Shown: positions 11,869 through 23,487, numbered from the stretch's first letter. The stretch is DNA of 64,000 bases from Pseudomonas sp. (GCF_030684895.1 NZ_JAUXXP010000016.1:4244-68243), one strand, 5' to 3'. Program-made: numbers and translations. Notes: generated by a model from the letters alone, not told the origin.

Positions 11869-12497
11869 GATGCATTAGCCCCTTGGCGGGCTTTGGCGAC
11901 GGTTTCGGTCCAGTTATCGATGACCTTGTCCAGGTCATTGCGATTGTCCTGCATGGCCTGGGCGAACTGGTCACGGAACAGTTTTCCGACGTTGATGCCA
12001 TTGATCACCACATTGCGCATCTTCCAAGTGCCGCCCTGATTAACCATGGTGTAGGACAGCGGGTAGACCACGCCCTTGCCGTCCCTGATTTCCATATTAA
12101 CCGCTGTACGCTCTGGGTCCTGCTGACCAGCAACCGGCAGAACACGAATGTCCTGGTTGTTGTATTCGAGCAGGGCATTGCCATAGAACTGCATCAGGCT
12201 GCGTTTGAAGTTTTCCTGAAAGCGCTGCATCTGTTCCGGCGAAGCCTGGCGCGAGTAACGCACGGTCATCACGCCACGGGACATACCATCAGCATCCATT
12301 ACCGGGCCGAGAATGCTGTTCAGGGCGTTGTAAAACGCGCCCGGATCGGTGCGGTACTGCTCCTTGTTGGCCTTGAGGTCGGCCAGCAGCGTGGTGGTGG
12401 TCTGCTGCACCACTTCATGGGCCGCCGGAGCCGCCAGCAACGGCAAGGACATGGCGGCCAAACAGATAAACAGACCGTTACGCAGTGCTTTGAACAT
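11865..12497 (-). CDS. mlaC: Periplasmic phospholipid-binding protein MlaC (Ttg2D)
   Basis: 210-aa ORF with a signal peptide. The call rests on the Tol/toluene-tolerance family pattern and the operon context. Confidence 0.85.
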   Translation of the reverse strand: MFKALRNGLFICLAAMSLPLLAAPAAHEVVQQTTTTLLADLKANKEQYRTDPGAFYNALNSILGPVMDADGMSRGVMTVRYSRQASPEQMQRFQENFKRSLMQFYGNALLEYNNQDIRVLPVAGQQDPERTAVNMEIRDGKGVVYPLSYTMVNQGGTWKMRNVVINGINVGKLFRDQFAQAMQDNRNDLDKVIDNWTETVAKARQGANAS

Positions 12498-12512
12498 AAT
12501 CAGTACCTCTAT

Positions 12513-12983
12513 TTAATTAGCCTGGTCTTTGTTGACCGAATTAAGCAGAAACTTGCCAATCAGGTCTTCCAGTACCAATGACGACTGCGTGTCGTGAATA
12601 GTGCCGCCATCGCGCAGCACCTCTTCTTCGCCACCCACGCTAATCCCAATGTACTTCTCGCCCAGCAGGCCCGCGGTCAAAATCGAGGCAGTGGAGTCTG
12701 CCGGAAGGTTATCCACGGCATCATCCAGCACCATGGTGACACGCCCCATATAGCTGTCGCGGTCCAGATCAATCGCGGTGACCTTGCCGATGGTCACTCC
12801 GGCCATGGTCACTTTCGATCTGACCGTCAAACCGGCGATATTCTCAAAGTGCGCATACACCTTGTAGGTATTGTCGCTGCTGCCGACGGTCAGGCCGCTG
12901 ACGCGCAAGGCCAGCAGCAGCAAAGCCAACAGCCCGGCCAACAGGAACAAGCCGACACCAACTTCCAGCGTGCGGTTCTGCAT
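12513..12983 (-). CDS. mlaD: MCE-domain protein MlaD
   Basis: 156-aa ORF with an N-terminal TM helix followed by an MCE domain (GLTVRSKVTMAGVTIGKV). Confidence 0.9.
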   Translation of the reverse strand: MQNRTLEVGVGLFLLAGLLALLLLALRVSGLTVGSSDNTYKVYAHFENIAGLTVRSKVTMAGVTIGKVTAIDLDRDSYMGRVTMVLDDAVDNLPADSTASILTAGLLGEKYIGISVGGEEEVLRDGGTIHDTQSSLVLEDLIGKFLLNSVNKDQAN

Positions 12984-13780
12984 CAGAAATCTCCAAACAT
13001 CAAAGCGGTCAGAATAAAGTCCAGCCCCAATACGGCGAGTGAGGCGTACACCACGGTTTTCGTGGTGGCACGACTAATCCCTTCCGAAGTCGGCTCACAG
13101 TCATAGCCCTGGAACACGGCGATCCAGGTCACGACAAACGCAAAAACCACGCTCTTGATCACGCCATTGAGCACATCTTCGCGAAACGAAACACTGCTTT
13201 GCATATTGGCCCAGAACGAGCCTTCATAAACCCCCAGCCAGTCGACGGCGACCATCGCGCCGCCCCAGATACCAACCACACTGAAGATCATCGCCAGCAG
13301 CGGCATCGAGATAAAACCAGCCCACAAGCGCGGTGCGACAATATATTTGAGCGGGTCAACGCCGATCATCGCCAGGCTCGACAGTTGCTCGGTGGATTTC
13401 ATATTGCCGATTTCTGCGGTCAACGCCGAGCCGGCGCGCCCGGCAAACAGCAAGGCAGTCACCACCGGCCCCAGCTCACGCAGCAGCGTCAGGGCGACCA
13501 TCTGCCCCACCGCCTGCTCCGAGCCGTATTTGGCCAGAATGCTAAAGCCCTGCAGCGATAGCACCATGCCGATAAAGATGCCGGACACGACAATGATGGC
13601 CAAGGACATCACCCCAACCGAATACAACTGCTTGATCAACAGCTGAAAACTGTTGCCGGTCGAACCCCGACCAAACAGTGCGCGCAGCAGAAAAAGCACC
13701 GAACGCCCCAGCGTAGCCACCACATCAATACCGGCGCGACCGAACAAGCGCACCCGCTCGAGCACAGATGTCTTGCGCAT
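12983..13780 (-). CDS. mlaE: ABC permease MlaE
   Basis: 265-aa multi-TM ORF. Its start and stop overlap the neighbouring genes. Confidence 0.9.
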   Translation of the reverse strand: MRKTSVLERVRLFGRAGIDVVATLGRSVLFLLRALFGRGSTGNSFQLLIKQLYSVGVMSLAIIVVSGIFIGMVLSLQGFSILAKYGSEQAVGQMVALTLLRELGPVVTALLFAGRAGSALTAEIGNMKSTEQLSSLAMIGVDPLKYIVAPRLWAGFISMPLLAMIFSVVGIWGGAMVAVDWLGVYEGSFWANMQSSVSFREDVLNGVIKSVVFAFVVTWIAVFQGYDCEPTSEGISRATTKTVVYASLAVLGLDFILTALMFGDF

Positions 13781-14589
13781 CAGCGCTCCCCCAGAAGATC
13801 GTCGCGGTAATTGGCCGCAGGAAAGTGAAACGGCACCGGACCATCGGGAATGCCCTGCATAAATTGACGTACGCGGGGGTCCTCAGATGCTTTCAACTCG
13901 TCAGGCGTGCCCTGCCCCAGCACCTGGGTGTCGCCGACGATATAGATGTAGTCGGCAATGCTCGCGGTTTCCGCCAGGTCATGGGACACCACTATGCTGG
14001 TGATCCCCAGCGCATCTGTCAGCAGACGAATCAGACGTACCAGAACGCCCATGGCAATCGGGTCCTGGCCGACGAAAGGTTCGTCATACATCAGTATTTG
14101 CGGGTCCAGGGCAATCGCCCTAGCCAGCGCCACGCGGCGCTTCATACCGCCCGACAACTCATCCGGCATCAGCTCCAGAGCACCGCGCAGGCCCACTGCC
14201 TGCAATTTCATCAGCACGATGTCGCGAATCATCTCTTCCGGCAGCTTGGTATGCACTCGCAGCGGAAAAGCGACGTTCTCGAACACGTCCAGGTCTGTAA
14301 ACAGCGCACCACTCTGGAACAGCACGCCCATCTGCTTGCGCATATCGAACAGTTCACTGCGCGACAGCGTCGGCAAATTCAGGCCATTGACCCAGACTTC
14401 ACCCTGGCTCGGCTTAAGCTCAGCGGCGATCAGGCGCAGCAGGGTGGTTTTGCCACAGCCAGACGGCCCCATGATCCCGGTGACCTTGCCACGGGGAATC
14501 TGAATATCGATGTTTTGGAAAATATCCCGCTCGCCGCGTTTAAAGCTGACGCCCTTCAGCTCAACTGCATACGGGTTCTCGGCGCTCAT
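13780..14589 (-). CDS. mlaF: ABC ATPase MlaF
   Basis: The ORF 13780-14763 was trimmed to the ATG at 14589 ([16 protein letters not shown]..). Walker A (GPSGCGKTT), the signature (LSGGMKRR) and Walker B (LMYDEP) are present. Confidence 0.9.
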   Translation of the reverse strand: MSAENPYAVELKGVSFKRGERDIFQNIDIQIPRGKVTGIMGPSGCGKTTLLRLIAAELKPSQGEVWVNGLNLPTLSRSELFDMRKQMGVLFQSGALFTDLDVFENVAFPLRVHTKLPEEMIRDIVLMKLQAVGLRGALELMPDELSGGMKRRVALARAIALDPQILMYDEPFVGQDPIAMGVLVRLIRLLTDALGITSIVVSHDLAETASIADYIYIVGDTQVLGQGTPDELKASEDPRVRQFMQGIPDGPVPFHFPAANYRDDLLGER

Positions 14590-14835
14590 CTGGACTCCTT
14601 GCTCAACGCTTGCCTGACTGACGCACCGCCCCGAACAAAGGGCACTACGGCTCGTCGAACGTACCGAAAATGGCCGCGAACTATACCATCGCCGCATTCC
14701 TCGCCCAAGACTGAAGGTGTTGCCGAAGATAAGCGCCGCACAGTTCCAACCAACAACTGACAATTGGAAACACTGGGCAGGCGCCCCTTTACCGTTATAA
14801 TCGGCAGCTTTTAGCCCGTACGCCGCAGAGAAGTC

Positions 14836-15810
14836 ATGAGCCAGTCCACCGATCTGATCCAGTCAGCGCAGCGCACCATTCGCCTGGAGCTCGAAGCCAT
14901 CCAGGATCTGCTGGCGCGTATCAACGGTGATTTCGTAAGCGCCTGCGAGCTGATTCTCGCCAGCAAAGGCCGCGTGGTCGTGGTCGGCATGGGCAAGTCC
15001 GGCCATGTCGGCAACAAGATTGCCGCCACCCTGGCCAGCACCGGCACCACCGCGTTCTTTGTGCATCCGGCCGAAGCGAGCCATGGCGACATGGGCATGA
15101 TCACCCGCGACGACGTGGTGCTGGCCCTGTCCAACTCCGGCTCCACCGCAGAAATCGTCACCCTGCTGCCGCTGATCAAGCGCCTCGGCATCCGCCTGAT
15201 CAGCATGACCGGCAACCCGGAATCGCCACTGGCCAAGGCCGCCGAAGTCAACCTGGACGCCCGCGTGTCCCAGGAAGCCTGCCCGCTGAACCTGGCCCCA
15301 ACCTCTTCCACTACTGTATCGCTGGTACTGGGCGACGCCCTGGCCATTGCCCTGCTGGAAGCCCGCGGCTTTACCGCCGAAGACTTTGCCTTCTCCCACC
15401 CGGGCGGTGCATTGGGCCGACGCCTGCTGCTCAAGGTGGAGAACGTCATGCACGCCGGCGACAGCCTACCACGCGTCAAGCGCGGCACCTCGCTACGCGA
15501 CTCGCTACTGGAAATGACCCAGAAGGGTCTGGGCATGACCGTGGTGACCGAGAACGATGGCCGCCTAGCCGGAATATTTACCGACGGCGACCTGCGCCGC
15601 ACCCTGGATCGTAATATTGACGTGCGCCAGACCATTATTGATGACGTAATGACCGTCCACGGCAAGACCGCCCGCGCGGAAATGCTCGCGGCAGAGGCTT
15701 TGAAAATCATGGAAGACCACAAGATCAGCTCGCTGGTGGTGATCGACGACAACGACCTACCAATTGGCGCGCTGAACATGCACGACCTGCTCCGCGCCGG
15801 GGTGATGTGA
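14836..15810 (+). CDS. kdsD: Arabinose-5-phosphate isomerase KdsD (SIS + tandem CBS)
   Basis: 324-aa ORF with the SIS motif VVVVGMGKSGHVG and C-terminal CBS repeats. Confidence 0.95.
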   Translation: MSQSTDLIQSAQRTIRLELEAIQDLLARINGDFVSACELILASKGRVVVVGMGKSGHVGNKIAATLASTGTTAFFVHPAEASHGDMGMITRDDVVLALSNSGSTAEIVTLLPLIKRLGIRLISMTGNPESPLAKAAEVNLDARVSQEACPLNLAPTSSTTVSLVLGDALAIALLEARGFTAEDFAFSHPGGALGRRLLLKVENVMHAGDSLPRVKRGTSLRDSLLEMTQKGLGMTVVTENDGRLAGIFTDGDLRRTLDRNIDVRQTIIDDVMTVHGKTARAEMLAAEALKIMEDHKISSLVVIDDNDLPIGALNMHDLLRAGVM

Positions 15811-16349
15811 TGAGCGCCGACGTGATCAACCCCGATCTGCTACAACGCGCCAAAGCCGTCAAACTGGCGATTTTCGACGTTGACGGCGTGCTCACCGACG
15901 GCAAGCTGTACTTTCTGGTCGATGGCAGCGAATTCAAGACCTTCAACACCCTCGACGGCCATGGCATCAAGATGCTGATCAACTCGGGCGTGCGCACCGC
16001 TATTATCAGCGGCCGCAAAACCCCGGTGGTTGAGCGCCGCGCGCAGAACCTGGGGATTCAACACCTGTACCAGGGCCGCGAAGACAAGCTGGTGGTACTC
16101 GATGAGCTACTCGGCGAACTGGGCCTAGACTATGCACAGGTCGCATACCTGGGTGACGACCTGCCCGACCTGCCGGTGATCCGCCGCGTAGGCCTGGGCA
16201 TGGCGGTCGCCAGCGCCGACGGCTTTGTCCGCCAGCATGCCCACGGAATCACCCGTGCTCGCGGTGGCGAAGGCGCCGCACGTGAGTTCTGCGAACTGAT
16301 CATGCACGCCCAAGGCACCCTTGAAGCCGCTCAAGCCGCTTACCTATAG
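15807..16349 (+). CDS. kdsC: KDO 8-phosphate phosphatase KdsC
   Basis: 180-aa ORF with the HAD motif LAIFDVDGVLTDG and YLGDDLPD. The start may be the second ATG at 15810. Confidence 0.9.
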   Translation: MMSADVINPDLLQRAKAVKLAIFDVDGVLTDGKLYFLVDGSEFKTFNTLDGHGIKMLINSGVRTAIISGRKTPVVERRAQNLGIQHLYQGREDKLVVLDELLGELGLDYAQVAYLGDDLPDLPVIRRVGLGMAVASADGFVRQHAHGITRARGGEGAAREFCELIMHAQGTLEAAQAAYL

Positions 16350-16356
16350 GCCAACC

Positions 16357-16926
16357 ATGCCCCGCAAGTTATTCAATATTGTTCTGTTCGCCTTTGTCGC
16401 CCTGCTAGTGGCGGCACTCGGCTACTGGAACCTCAGTCCGGATGGCTTTAGCCAGCAATCGCGCAGCGCTGAAACTGACAACGCCATCGATTTTTACGCC
16501 ACCAACACCTATACCGTGCAATACCAGGCCGATGGCAAGCTGCACTACGAGCTAAACGCCGACAAGGTCGAGCACATCAAGGCCAGCGACATCACCCTAA
16601 TGACCAGCCCGAACATGAACCTGTTCCGCGGCACCGAGCTGCCCTGGAAAATCCGCAGCGAACGCGGCGAAGTATCGCCAGGCGGTGTTGAGGTCGAACT
16701 GATCGACAAGGTGCGCGTTGAGCGTACCGACGCCAAAGGTCGCCCGACTATCCTCACCACCAGTCGCCTGACCGTATTCCCCGAGAAGGAATATGCGCAG
16801 ACCCAGCAAGCCGTTAGAATCGACGCGGCCAATGGGGTGACCACGGCAAAAGGAATGAAAGCGTACATGAATGACGGCAGGATGCTCCTGCTGTCCAACG
16901 TAAGAGGTCAGCATGAGGCTCGTTAA
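16357..16926 (+). CDS. lptC: LPS export protein LptC
   Basis: The ORF 16321-16926 was trimmed to the ATG at 16357 (MPRKLFNIVLFAFVALL, a TM anchor). It sits between kdsC and lptA. Confidence 0.85.
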   Translation: MPRKLFNIVLFAFVALLVAALGYWNLSPDGFSQQSRSAETDNAIDFYATNTYTVQYQADGKLHYELNADKVEHIKASDITLMTSPNMNLFRGTELPWKIRSERGEVSPGGVEVELIDKVRVERTDAKGRPTILTTSRLTVFPEKEYAQTQQAVRIDAANGVTTAKGMKAYMNDGRMLLLSNVRGQHEAR

Positions 16927-17455
16927 CACCCTCCCCCTACTACTTAGCCTCAGCGCCGCACTCGGAAGTGTCAGCGCCTGGGCCCTGCCGTCCGACCGCG
17001 AACAGCCGATTCGCATCCAGGCCGACAGCGCAGAACTGGACGACAAGCAAGGCGTGGCGGTTTATCGCGGCGACGTCGTCATCACCCAGGGCACCATGAA
17101 GGTCACCGGCGACACCGTGACCATCACCCAGAACGCCCAGGGCGATGTCGAGGTATTTACCTCGGTTGGCAAGCCGGCCTACTACGAGCAGAAACCGTCC
17201 GCCGACAAGCAGATCGTCAAAGCCTACGGCCTGACCATCCAATACTTCATGGCCAATGATCGCGTTGTATTGATTGACCAAGCCAAGGTGATTCAGGAAG
17301 GCAACACCTTCGAAGGCGAGAAAATCGTCTATGACACCCAGCGCCAGATCGTCAACGCCGGCCGCGCCACAGGCAGCAACGTCACTGCGCCACGTCCGCG
17401 CATCGACATGGTGATCCAGCCGAAGAACAAACCAGCCGACCAGCAGGCGCAGTAA
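16913..17455 (+). CDS. lptA: Periplasmic LPS transport protein LptA (LptH)
   Basis: 180-aa ORF with a signal peptide and an OstA-like N-terminal pattern ([29 protein letters not shown]). Confidence 0.9.
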   Translation: MRLVNTLPLLLSLSAALGSVSAWALPSDREQPIRIQADSAELDDKQGVAVYRGDVVITQGTMKVTGDTVTITQNAQGDVEVFTSVGKPAYYEQKPSADKQIVKAYGLTIQYFMANDRVVLIDQAKVIQEGNTFEGEKIVYDTQRQIVNAGRATGSNVTAPRPRIDMVIQPKNKPADQQAQ

Positions 17456-17457
17456 TA

Positions 17458-18183
17458 ATGGCCACATTGAAAGCCCAACACCTGGCTAAAAGCTACAAAG
17501 GCCGCCAGGTCGTGCGTGACGTCAGCCTGAGCATCGACAGCGGACAGATCGTCGGCCTGCTAGGCCCCAACGGCGCCGGCAAGACCACCTGCTTCTACAT
17601 GATCGTTGGCCTGGTACAGGCCGATCAGGGCCGCGTGATGATCGACGACCTCGACGTCAGCCATCAGCCCATGCATGGCCGCGCCCGCGCCGGTATTGGC
17701 TACCTGCCACAGGAAGCCTCGATTTTCCGCAAGCTCAGCGTGGCCGACAACATCATGGCCATCCTGGAAACCCGCAAGGACCTCGACGGCGCCTCACGCC
17801 GCAAGGAACTTGAAAGCCTGCTGCAGGAATTCCATATCAGCCACATCCGCGACAACCTCGGCATGAGCCTGTCCGGTGGTGAGCGCCGCCGCGTGGAAAT
17901 TGCCCGCGCCCTGGCAACCAACCCCAAGTTCATCCTGCTCGACGAGCCGTTCGCCGGTGTCGACCCGATTTCCGTGGGCGACATCAAGCAGATCATCCAT
18001 CACCTCAAAGCCAAGGGCATCGGTGTGTTGATCACCGATCACAACGTGCGCGAGACCCTGGATATCTGCGAAACCGCCTATATCGTCAGCGATGGTCAAC
18101 TGATCGCCGAAGGTGATGCCGAGGCAATTCTGGCCAACCAGACAGTCAAAGAAGTTTACCTGGGGCATGAGTTCCGGCTGTAA
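17458..18183 (+). CDS. lptB: LPS export ABC ATPase LptB
   Basis: 241-aa ORF with Walker A (GPNGAGKTT), the signature (LSGGERRR) and Walker B (ILLDEPFAG). Confidence 0.95.
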   Translation: MATLKAQHLAKSYKGRQVVRDVSLSIDSGQIVGLLGPNGAGKTTCFYMIVGLVQADQGRVMIDDLDVSHQPMHGRARAGIGYLPQEASIFRKLSVADNIMAILETRKDLDGASRRKELESLLQEFHISHIRDNLGMSLSGGERRRVEIARALATNPKFILLDEPFAGVDPISVGDIKQIIHHLKAKGIGVLITDHNVRETLDICETAYIVSDGQLIAEGDAEAILANQTVKEVYLGHEFRL

Positions 18184-18321
18184 CCACAGCTTTTCTCAAG
18201 CTGACTGCAGCCAAGGCTAGGCAAAACCCTTAAAGTCAGGCATATAATTTGCTTCCTAGTGGCGCTTTTTGAAAACGCCCTGTAGTGGATTGCGCACAGA
18301 CGCCGGTAAATAAGGTCTGCA

Positions 18322-19836
18322 ATGAAACCATCGCTAGTCCTGAGAATGGGCCAGCAGCTGACGATGACACCGCAGCTGCAACAGGCCATCCGCCTGCTCC
18401 AACTGTCTACCCTGGATCTGCAACAAGAGATCCAGGAGGCCTTGGAGTCCAACCCGATGCTCGAACGCCAGGAAGATGGCGATGATTTCGACAATTCGGA
18501 CCCTATGGCCGATGGCGCAGAAAGCGCCAGCCCCAGCGAACAGCCCGAAGCGCCCTATCAGGAAACCAACTACCAGGAAGCCACGCAGACCGTGGACAAC
18601 CTGGAAGAAGGCGATTGGGGCGAGCGTATTCCCAACGAGCTGCCCGTCGACACCGCCTGGGAAGACATCTACCAGACCAGCGCCAGCAGCCTGCCCAGCA
18701 GCAGCAACGATGACGACGAGTGGGATTTCACCACCCGCACCTCCAGCGGCGAGAGCCTGCAAAGCCACCTGCTGTGGCAGCTCAACCTGGCCCCGATGTC
18801 GGATAAGGATCGCCTAATCGGCGTCACCCTGATCGACTGCATCAACCAACAGGGCTACCTGGAAGAGACCCTGGAAGAAGTGGTCGAAGCTTTCGATCCG
18901 GAATTGGATATCGAGCTCGACGAAGTCGAAGCCGTGCTGCATCGCATCCAGCAGTTCGAGCCTACCGGCATCGCCGCGCGCAACCTGGGCGAGTGCCTGC
19001 TCCTGCAACTGCGTCAGCTGCCGACGAAAACCCCATGGTTGAGCGAAGCTCAGCGCCTGGCCAGTGACTACCTCGACCTGCTCGGCAGCCGCGACTACAG
19101 CCAGCTGATGCGCCGCATGAAGCTCAAGGAAGATGAGCTGCGCCAGGTTATCGACCTGATTCAGAGCCTCAACCCGCGCCCCGGCTCGCAGATCGAATCC
19201 AGCGAGCCGGAATACGTGGTGCCCGACGTAATCGTGCGCAAACACAACGAGCGCTGGCTGGTGGAACTCAACCAGGAAGCCATGCCGCGCCTGCGGGTGA
19301 ACGCGCAATACGCAGGGTTTGTGAAACGCGCCGACTCCAGCGCCGACAACACCTTTATGCGCAACCAGCTGCAGGAAGCGCGCTGGTTTATCAAAAGCCT
19401 GCAAAGCCGCAACGAGACGCTGATGAAGGTCGCCACGCAGATCGTCGAGCACCAGCGCGGCTTCCTCGATTACGGCGACGAGGCGATGAAGCCTTTGGTG
19501 CTGCACGATATTGCCGAAGCGGTGGGCATGCACGAGTCGACCATCTCGCGTGTGACCACGCAAAAATTCATGCATACCCCGCGTGGCATTTACGAGCTGA
19601 AATACTTCTTCTCCAGCCATGTCAGCACCTCCGAGGGCGGCGAATGCTCGTCCACTGCGATCCGCGCCATCATCAAAAAACTGGTCGCGGCGGAAAATGC
19701 GAAAAAGCCGTTGAGTGACAGCAAGATCGCTGGTTTACTGGAAGCACAGGGCATTCAAGTCGCTCGCCGCACGGTCGCCAAGTACCGTGAGTCCCTCGGA
19801 ATAGCGCCTTCCAGTGAGCGCAAACGATTGATCTAA
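18322..19836 (+). CDS. rpoN: RNA polymerase sigma-54 factor
   Basis: 504-aa ORF beginning [33 protein letters not shown]. It has an acidic region II and a C-terminal RpoN box ([10 protein letters not shown]). Confidence 0.97.
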   Translation: MKPSLVLRMGQQLTMTPQLQQAIRLLQLSTLDLQQEIQEALESNPMLERQEDGDDFDNSDPMADGAESASPSEQPEAPYQETNYQEATQTVDNLEEGDWGERIPNELPVDTAWEDIYQTSASSLPSSSNDDDEWDFTTRTSSGESLQSHLLWQLNLAPMSDKDRLIGVTLIDCINQQGYLEETLEEVVEAFDPELDIELDEVEAVLHRIQQFEPTGIAARNLGECLLLQLRQLPTKTPWLSEAQRLASDYLDLLGSRDYSQLMRRMKLKEDELRQVIDLIQSLNPRPGSQIESSEPEYVVPDVIVRKHNERWLVELNQEAMPRLRVNAQYAGFVKRADSSADNTFMRNQLQEARWFIKSLQSRNETLMKVATQIVEHQRGFLDYGDEAMKPLVLHDIAEAVGMHESTISRVTTQKFMHTPRGIYELKYFFSSHVSTSEGGECSSTAIRAIIKKLVAAENAKKPLSDSKIAGLLEAQGIQVARRTVAKYRESLGIAPSSERKRLI

Positions 19837-20028
19837 GGCGGCACGAAGAAGGAAGACGACCACTCGATACAGAACACCCCCGGCCTCGCCTTTTCGCAAA
19901 AGCAGCCATACTGCCAACAAGCAATCAGCGACCGTGCCAGGCTCGTTCCGTAGAGTCTTCCACGCCACAGTGTTCCGGCGGCAGGTCTCTCGCCTGCCTC
20001 TTACACACGGCAACAAGGAGAAAGCGGT

Positions 20029-20337
20029 ATGCAAGTCAACATCAGTGGACACCAGCTGGATGTGACCGACGCCCTACGCGACTACATCGCCGAAAAACTC
20101 GGCCGATTGGAGCGCCACTTCGACAAAATTACCAACGTGCAAGTCACCATGGAGGTCGAGAAACTCAAACAGAAAATCGAAGCGACCCTGCACATTGCCG
20201 GCGGCGAAGTTGTTGCCAACGCCGAGCATGAAGACATGTACGCAGCCATCGATCTACTGACTGATAAACTCGACCGACAACTCATCAAACACAAGGAAAA
20301 ACAGCTCGAACGTCAACAGGGCGCTATGGCCCGCTGA
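20029..20337 (+). CDS. hpf: Ribosome hibernation promoting factor
   Basis: 102-aa ORF beginning MQVNISGHQLDVTDALRDYIAEKL. It occupies the conserved position after rpoN. Confidence 0.9.
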   Translation: MQVNISGHQLDVTDALRDYIAEKLGRLERHFDKITNVQVTMEVEKLKQKIEATLHIAGGEVVANAEHEDMYAAIDLLTDKLDRQLIKHKEKQLERQQGAMAR

Positions 20338-20352
20338 CATCGTCTATCTCCT

Positions 20353-20826
20353 ATGATCCGACTTGAAACTATCCTGACCCCCGGCCGTTCCCTGGTGAAC
20401 GTGCCGGGCGGCAGCAAAAAACGTGTTCTCGAACAGATTGCCAACCTGGTGGCGCGCGAGCTGCCTGACCTGGACGGCCAAGACATCTTCGAAAGCCTGA
20501 TTGCCCGCGAAAAACTCGGCTCGACCGGTTTCGGTAATGGCATTGCCATTCCGCACTGTCGCCTGCCCGGTTGCACTGCGCCGATCAGCGCCTTGCTGCG
20601 CCTGGACGCCGCCGTGGACTTCGATGCCATCGACGGTGCACCGGTGGACCTGCTGTTTGTCCTGCTGGTGCCAGAGGCCGCCACCGATGCTCACCTGGAA
20701 CTGCTCAGGCAGATCGCCAGCATGCTTGATCGCAGCGATGTACGTACCAGTCTGCGCCAAGCCGAAAGCAGCGAAGCCCTGTATCAGGTGGTCGTGGACG
20801 TACAAAGCCAACTCAACCGAGCCTGA
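20353..20826 (+). CDS. ptsN: Nitrogen-PTS EIIA protein PtsN
   Basis: 157-aa ORF with the EIIA(Ntr) active-site region [13 protein letters not shown]. Confidence 0.9.
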   Translation: MIRLETILTPGRSLVNVPGGSKKRVLEQIANLVARELPDLDGQDIFESLIAREKLGSTGFGNGIAIPHCRLPGCTAPISALLRLDAAVDFDAIDGAPVDLLFVLLVPEAATDAHLELLRQIASMLDRSDVRTSLRQAESSEALYQVVVDVQSQLNRA

Positions 20827-20828
20827 GC

Positions 20829-21686
20829 ATGCGCCTGATCATCGTCAGCGGTCGCTCCGGCTCAGGAAAGAGCACCGCCCTCGATGTACTTGAGGACAAC
20901 GGCTTCTACTGCATCGACAACCTGCCGGCCGGGCTGCTGCCTGAATTGGCCGAGCGCGCCCTGCTGCACACCGAACTGCTGCATCCGCAGGTCGCGGTGT
21001 CGATTGATGCACGCAACCTGCCGAGCCATCTCAAGCGCTTCCCTGAGCTGCTTGAAGAAGTTCGCGCGCGGCATATCAAGTGCGATGTGATCTACCTGGA
21101 TGCCGACGAAGAGACCTTGCTCAAGCGTTTCTCGGAAACCCGTAGGCGCCACCCGCTGACCAACGAAAGCCGCTCGCTGGCCGAAGCCATCGCCGATGAA
21201 AGCCTGCTGCTCGGGCCGATCATCGATTTGGCCGATCTGAAAATCGACACCACCCATCTCAATCTGTATCAGCTGCGCGACAGCCTCAAGCTGCGCCTGC
21301 TCAATCAGCCAGAGCCGGGCACCGCGTTTCTGCTGGAATCCTTCGGTTTCAAGCGCGGTATGCCGGTGGATGCCGACCTGGTATTCGATGTGCGCTGCCT
21401 GCCCAACCCCTACTGGAAGCCGGACTTGCGCGATTTCTCCGGGCTCGACCAGCCGGTAGTCGATTACCTCTCGGCCCAGGCCGATGTCGAGGACATGTAC
21501 CAGGACATTCTCGCCTACTTGACCAAGTGGCTGCCGCGCTTTGCTGCCAGCAACCGCGCCTACGTCACGGTGGCGATTGGCTGCACCGGCGGCCATCACC
21601 GCTCGGTGTACCTGGCCAACCGCCTGGGTGAAACCCTCAAACCCATCCTGAAAAATGTTCAGATTCGCCACCGCGACCTCAGTTAA
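20829..21686 (+). CDS. rapZ: RNase adapter protein RapZ
   Basis: 285-aa ORF with the P-loop [12 protein letters not shown] and a C-terminal GCTGGHHRS motif. Confidence 0.9.
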   Translation: MRLIIVSGRSGSGKSTALDVLEDNGFYCIDNLPAGLLPELAERALLHTELLHPQVAVSIDARNLPSHLKRFPELLEEVRARHIKCDVIYLDADEETLLKRFSETRRRHPLTNESRSLAEAIADESLLLGPIIDLADLKIDTTHLNLYQLRDSLKLRLLNQPEPGTAFLLESFGFKRGMPVDADLVFDVRCLPNPYWKPDLRDFSGLDQPVVDYLSAQADVEDMYQDILAYLTKWLPRFAASNRAYVTVAIGCTGGHHRSVYLANRLGETLKPILKNVQIRHRDLS

Positions 21687-21698
21687 GGAATTGCCGCG

Positions 21699-21971
21699 AT
21701 GCCCGCCTGCGAAATCACCATTATCAACAAGCTTGGCCTGCACGCCCGCGCGGCAGCCAAGTTTGTCGGCGTCGCCGGGCGTTTCCCCTGTCAGGTCAAA
21801 GTTGGCCGCACGCCGGAGAGCCTGGTCGATGGCAAGAGCATCATGGCGGTGATGATGCTCGCCGCCGGTAAAGGCACGGCCGTACACCTGCATACCGAAG
21901 GCGAACAGGATGCCGAAGCGCTGCAGGCGCTGAGCGAATTGATCAACAACTACTTCGACGAAGGCGAATAG
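21699..21971 (+). CDS. ptsO: HPr-family phosphocarrier NPr
   Basis: 90-aa ORF containing NKLGLHARAAAKFV, with the active-site His in the HPr context. Confidence 0.9.
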   Translation: MPACEITIINKLGLHARAAAKFVGVAGRFPCQVKVGRTPESLVDGKSIMAVMMLAAGKGTAVHLHTEGEQDAEALQALSELINNYFDEGE

Positions 21972-21987
21972 CTGATCGAGGGACAGT

Positions 21988-22024
21988 AAAAAGGGGCTGA
22001 GCGCTTACGCGACAGCCCCTTTTT
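21988..22024. terminator. Bidirectional rho-independent terminator between the convergent ptsO and pmbA
   Basis: Stem AGGGGCTG (21992-21999) pairs with CAGCCCCT (22013-22020). An A-run precedes it and TTTT follows. Confidence 0.7.
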
Positions 22025-22037
22025 CATACACGCGGAA

Positions 22038-23384
22038 TCAACTACCGGCCACCGTCATGCGCTCGATCAGCACCGAGCCGGTGCGGATATTGCTGCGCAG
22101 TTCCAAATCATTACCCACCGCAACAATCTGCTTGAACATGTCGCGCATATTGCCGGCAATGGTGACTTCCTGCACCGGGAACTGGATCTCGCCATTCTCC
22201 ACCCAGTAACCACCGGCACCACGCGAATAGTCGCCGGTGACCATGTTCAGGCCCTGCCCCATCAGTTCGGTGACCAACAGGCCGCGGCCCATGCGCTTGA
22301 GCAGCGCCTTCTGGTCTTCATCGCCGTGACTGACAAACAGGTTATGCACGCCGCCGGAGTTGGCGGTGCTGGGCATGCCCAGCTTGCGTCCGGAGTAGGT
22401 GCCGAGCACATAGGACAGCAGCTCGCCGCGCTCGACAAAGGATTTGGCATAGGTCGCCAGACCGTCGCCATCGAAGGCCGCGCTGCCCAAGGCGCGAGGG
22501 ATATGCGGGCGTTCATCCAGCGTCAACCACTCAGGGAATAGCTGCTGACCGAGTGTCCCTTCAAGAAACGACGATTTGCGGTACAGATTGCCGCCGGAAA
22601 TAGCCGCGAGAAAGCTGCCAAACAGGCCACCCGCTAATTCTGCAGCGAACAGCACCGGCACTTCGCAGGTCGGCACCGGACGCGCGCCCAAACGGCTTAC
22701 TGCACGCTCGGCAGCGCGACGGCCAATGCTGCCGGCATCGGCCAGCAATTCGCCCTGGCGATTGACGTCGTACCAGTAGTCGCGCTGCATCTGCCCGCCA
22801 TCTTCGGCGATCATCACGCAGCTCAAGCTGTGCCGCGTGCTGGCGTAACCGCTGATAAAGCCATGGCTGTTGCCATAAACCCGGCAACCCTGATGGGTAT
22901 TCAGCGTCGTGCCATCGGCGTTCTTGATCCGCTGGTCTGCGGCAAAGGCCGCTGCCTCGCAGCTCAAGGCCTGTTCAATAGCCTGCTCCGGGGTAATCGA
23001 CCAGGCGTGATACAGATCCAGCTGCGGCAGTTCGCGGGCCATCAAGCCCGCATCGGCCAAACCGGCGCATTCGTCCTCGGAGGCATGTTTGGCAATCGCC
23101 AACGCGGCCGCTACGGTCTCGCGAATCGCCGCTTCGCCACTGGCCGAGGTGCTGGCCGAACCCTTGCGCTGACCGACATACAGGGTGATACCGAAACCCT
23201 GGTCGCGATTGAATTCAACCGTTTCCACTTCACCCTGACGCACCGTGGTGGACAAGCCCTGCTCTACCGAAACTGCCACTTCACAGGCACTCGCGCCCTG
23301 CTTTTTCGCTTCAGCAATAATCTGCTCCACCTGCGCCTGCAAATGCGGCACAGCCTGGGGGCCGACGATGTCTACTGCACTCAT
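22038..23384 (-). CDS. pmbA: Metalloprotease PmbA (TldE)
   Basis: The ORF 22038-23420 was trimmed to the ATG at 23384 (MSAVDIVGPQ..). The product is 448 aa with the PmbA/TldD family pattern. Confidence 0.9.
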   Translation of the reverse strand: MSAVDIVGPQAVPHLQAQVEQIIAEAKKQGASACEVAVSVEQGLSTTVRQGEVETVEFNRDQGFGITLYVGQRKGSASTSASGEAAIRETVAAALAIAKHASEDECAGLADAGLMARELPQLDLYHAWSITPEQAIEQALSCEAAAFAADQRIKNADGTTLNTHQGCRVYGNSHGFISGYASTRHSLSCVMIAEDGGQMQRDYWYDVNRQGELLADAGSIGRRAAERAVSRLGARPVPTCEVPVLFAAELAGGLFGSFLAAISGGNLYRKSSFLEGTLGQQLFPEWLTLDERPHIPRALGSAAFDGDGLATYAKSFVERGELLSYVLGTYSGRKLGMPSTANSGGVHNLFVSHGDEDQKALLKRMGRGLLVTELMGQGLNMVTGDYSRGAGGYWVENGEIQFPVQEVTIAGNMRDMFKQIVAVGNDLELRSNIRTGSVLIERMTVAGS

Positions 23385-23487
23385 AAGAACTCCTGAACGA
23401 TAAGCGGCAAGCGCGGCCAAACAGGCCAGACGCTTACAGCTGGAAACTTGCTGCTATCATGTCGGCGTTTTCCACTGGACCGCCACC

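Noticed and set aside
14796-14801. TATAAT hexamers upstream of kdsD (14796-14801) and algW (2440-2445)
   Set aside because: These are good -10 matches, but I found no acceptable -35 at 16-18 nt spacing (the nearest TTGGAA/TTGCAC are 26-28 nt away). Promoter calls would be guesses.
14811-15779. 322-aa minus-strand ORF
   Set aside because: It is antisense to kdsD. It is Ser/Arg/Pro-rich with no motif.
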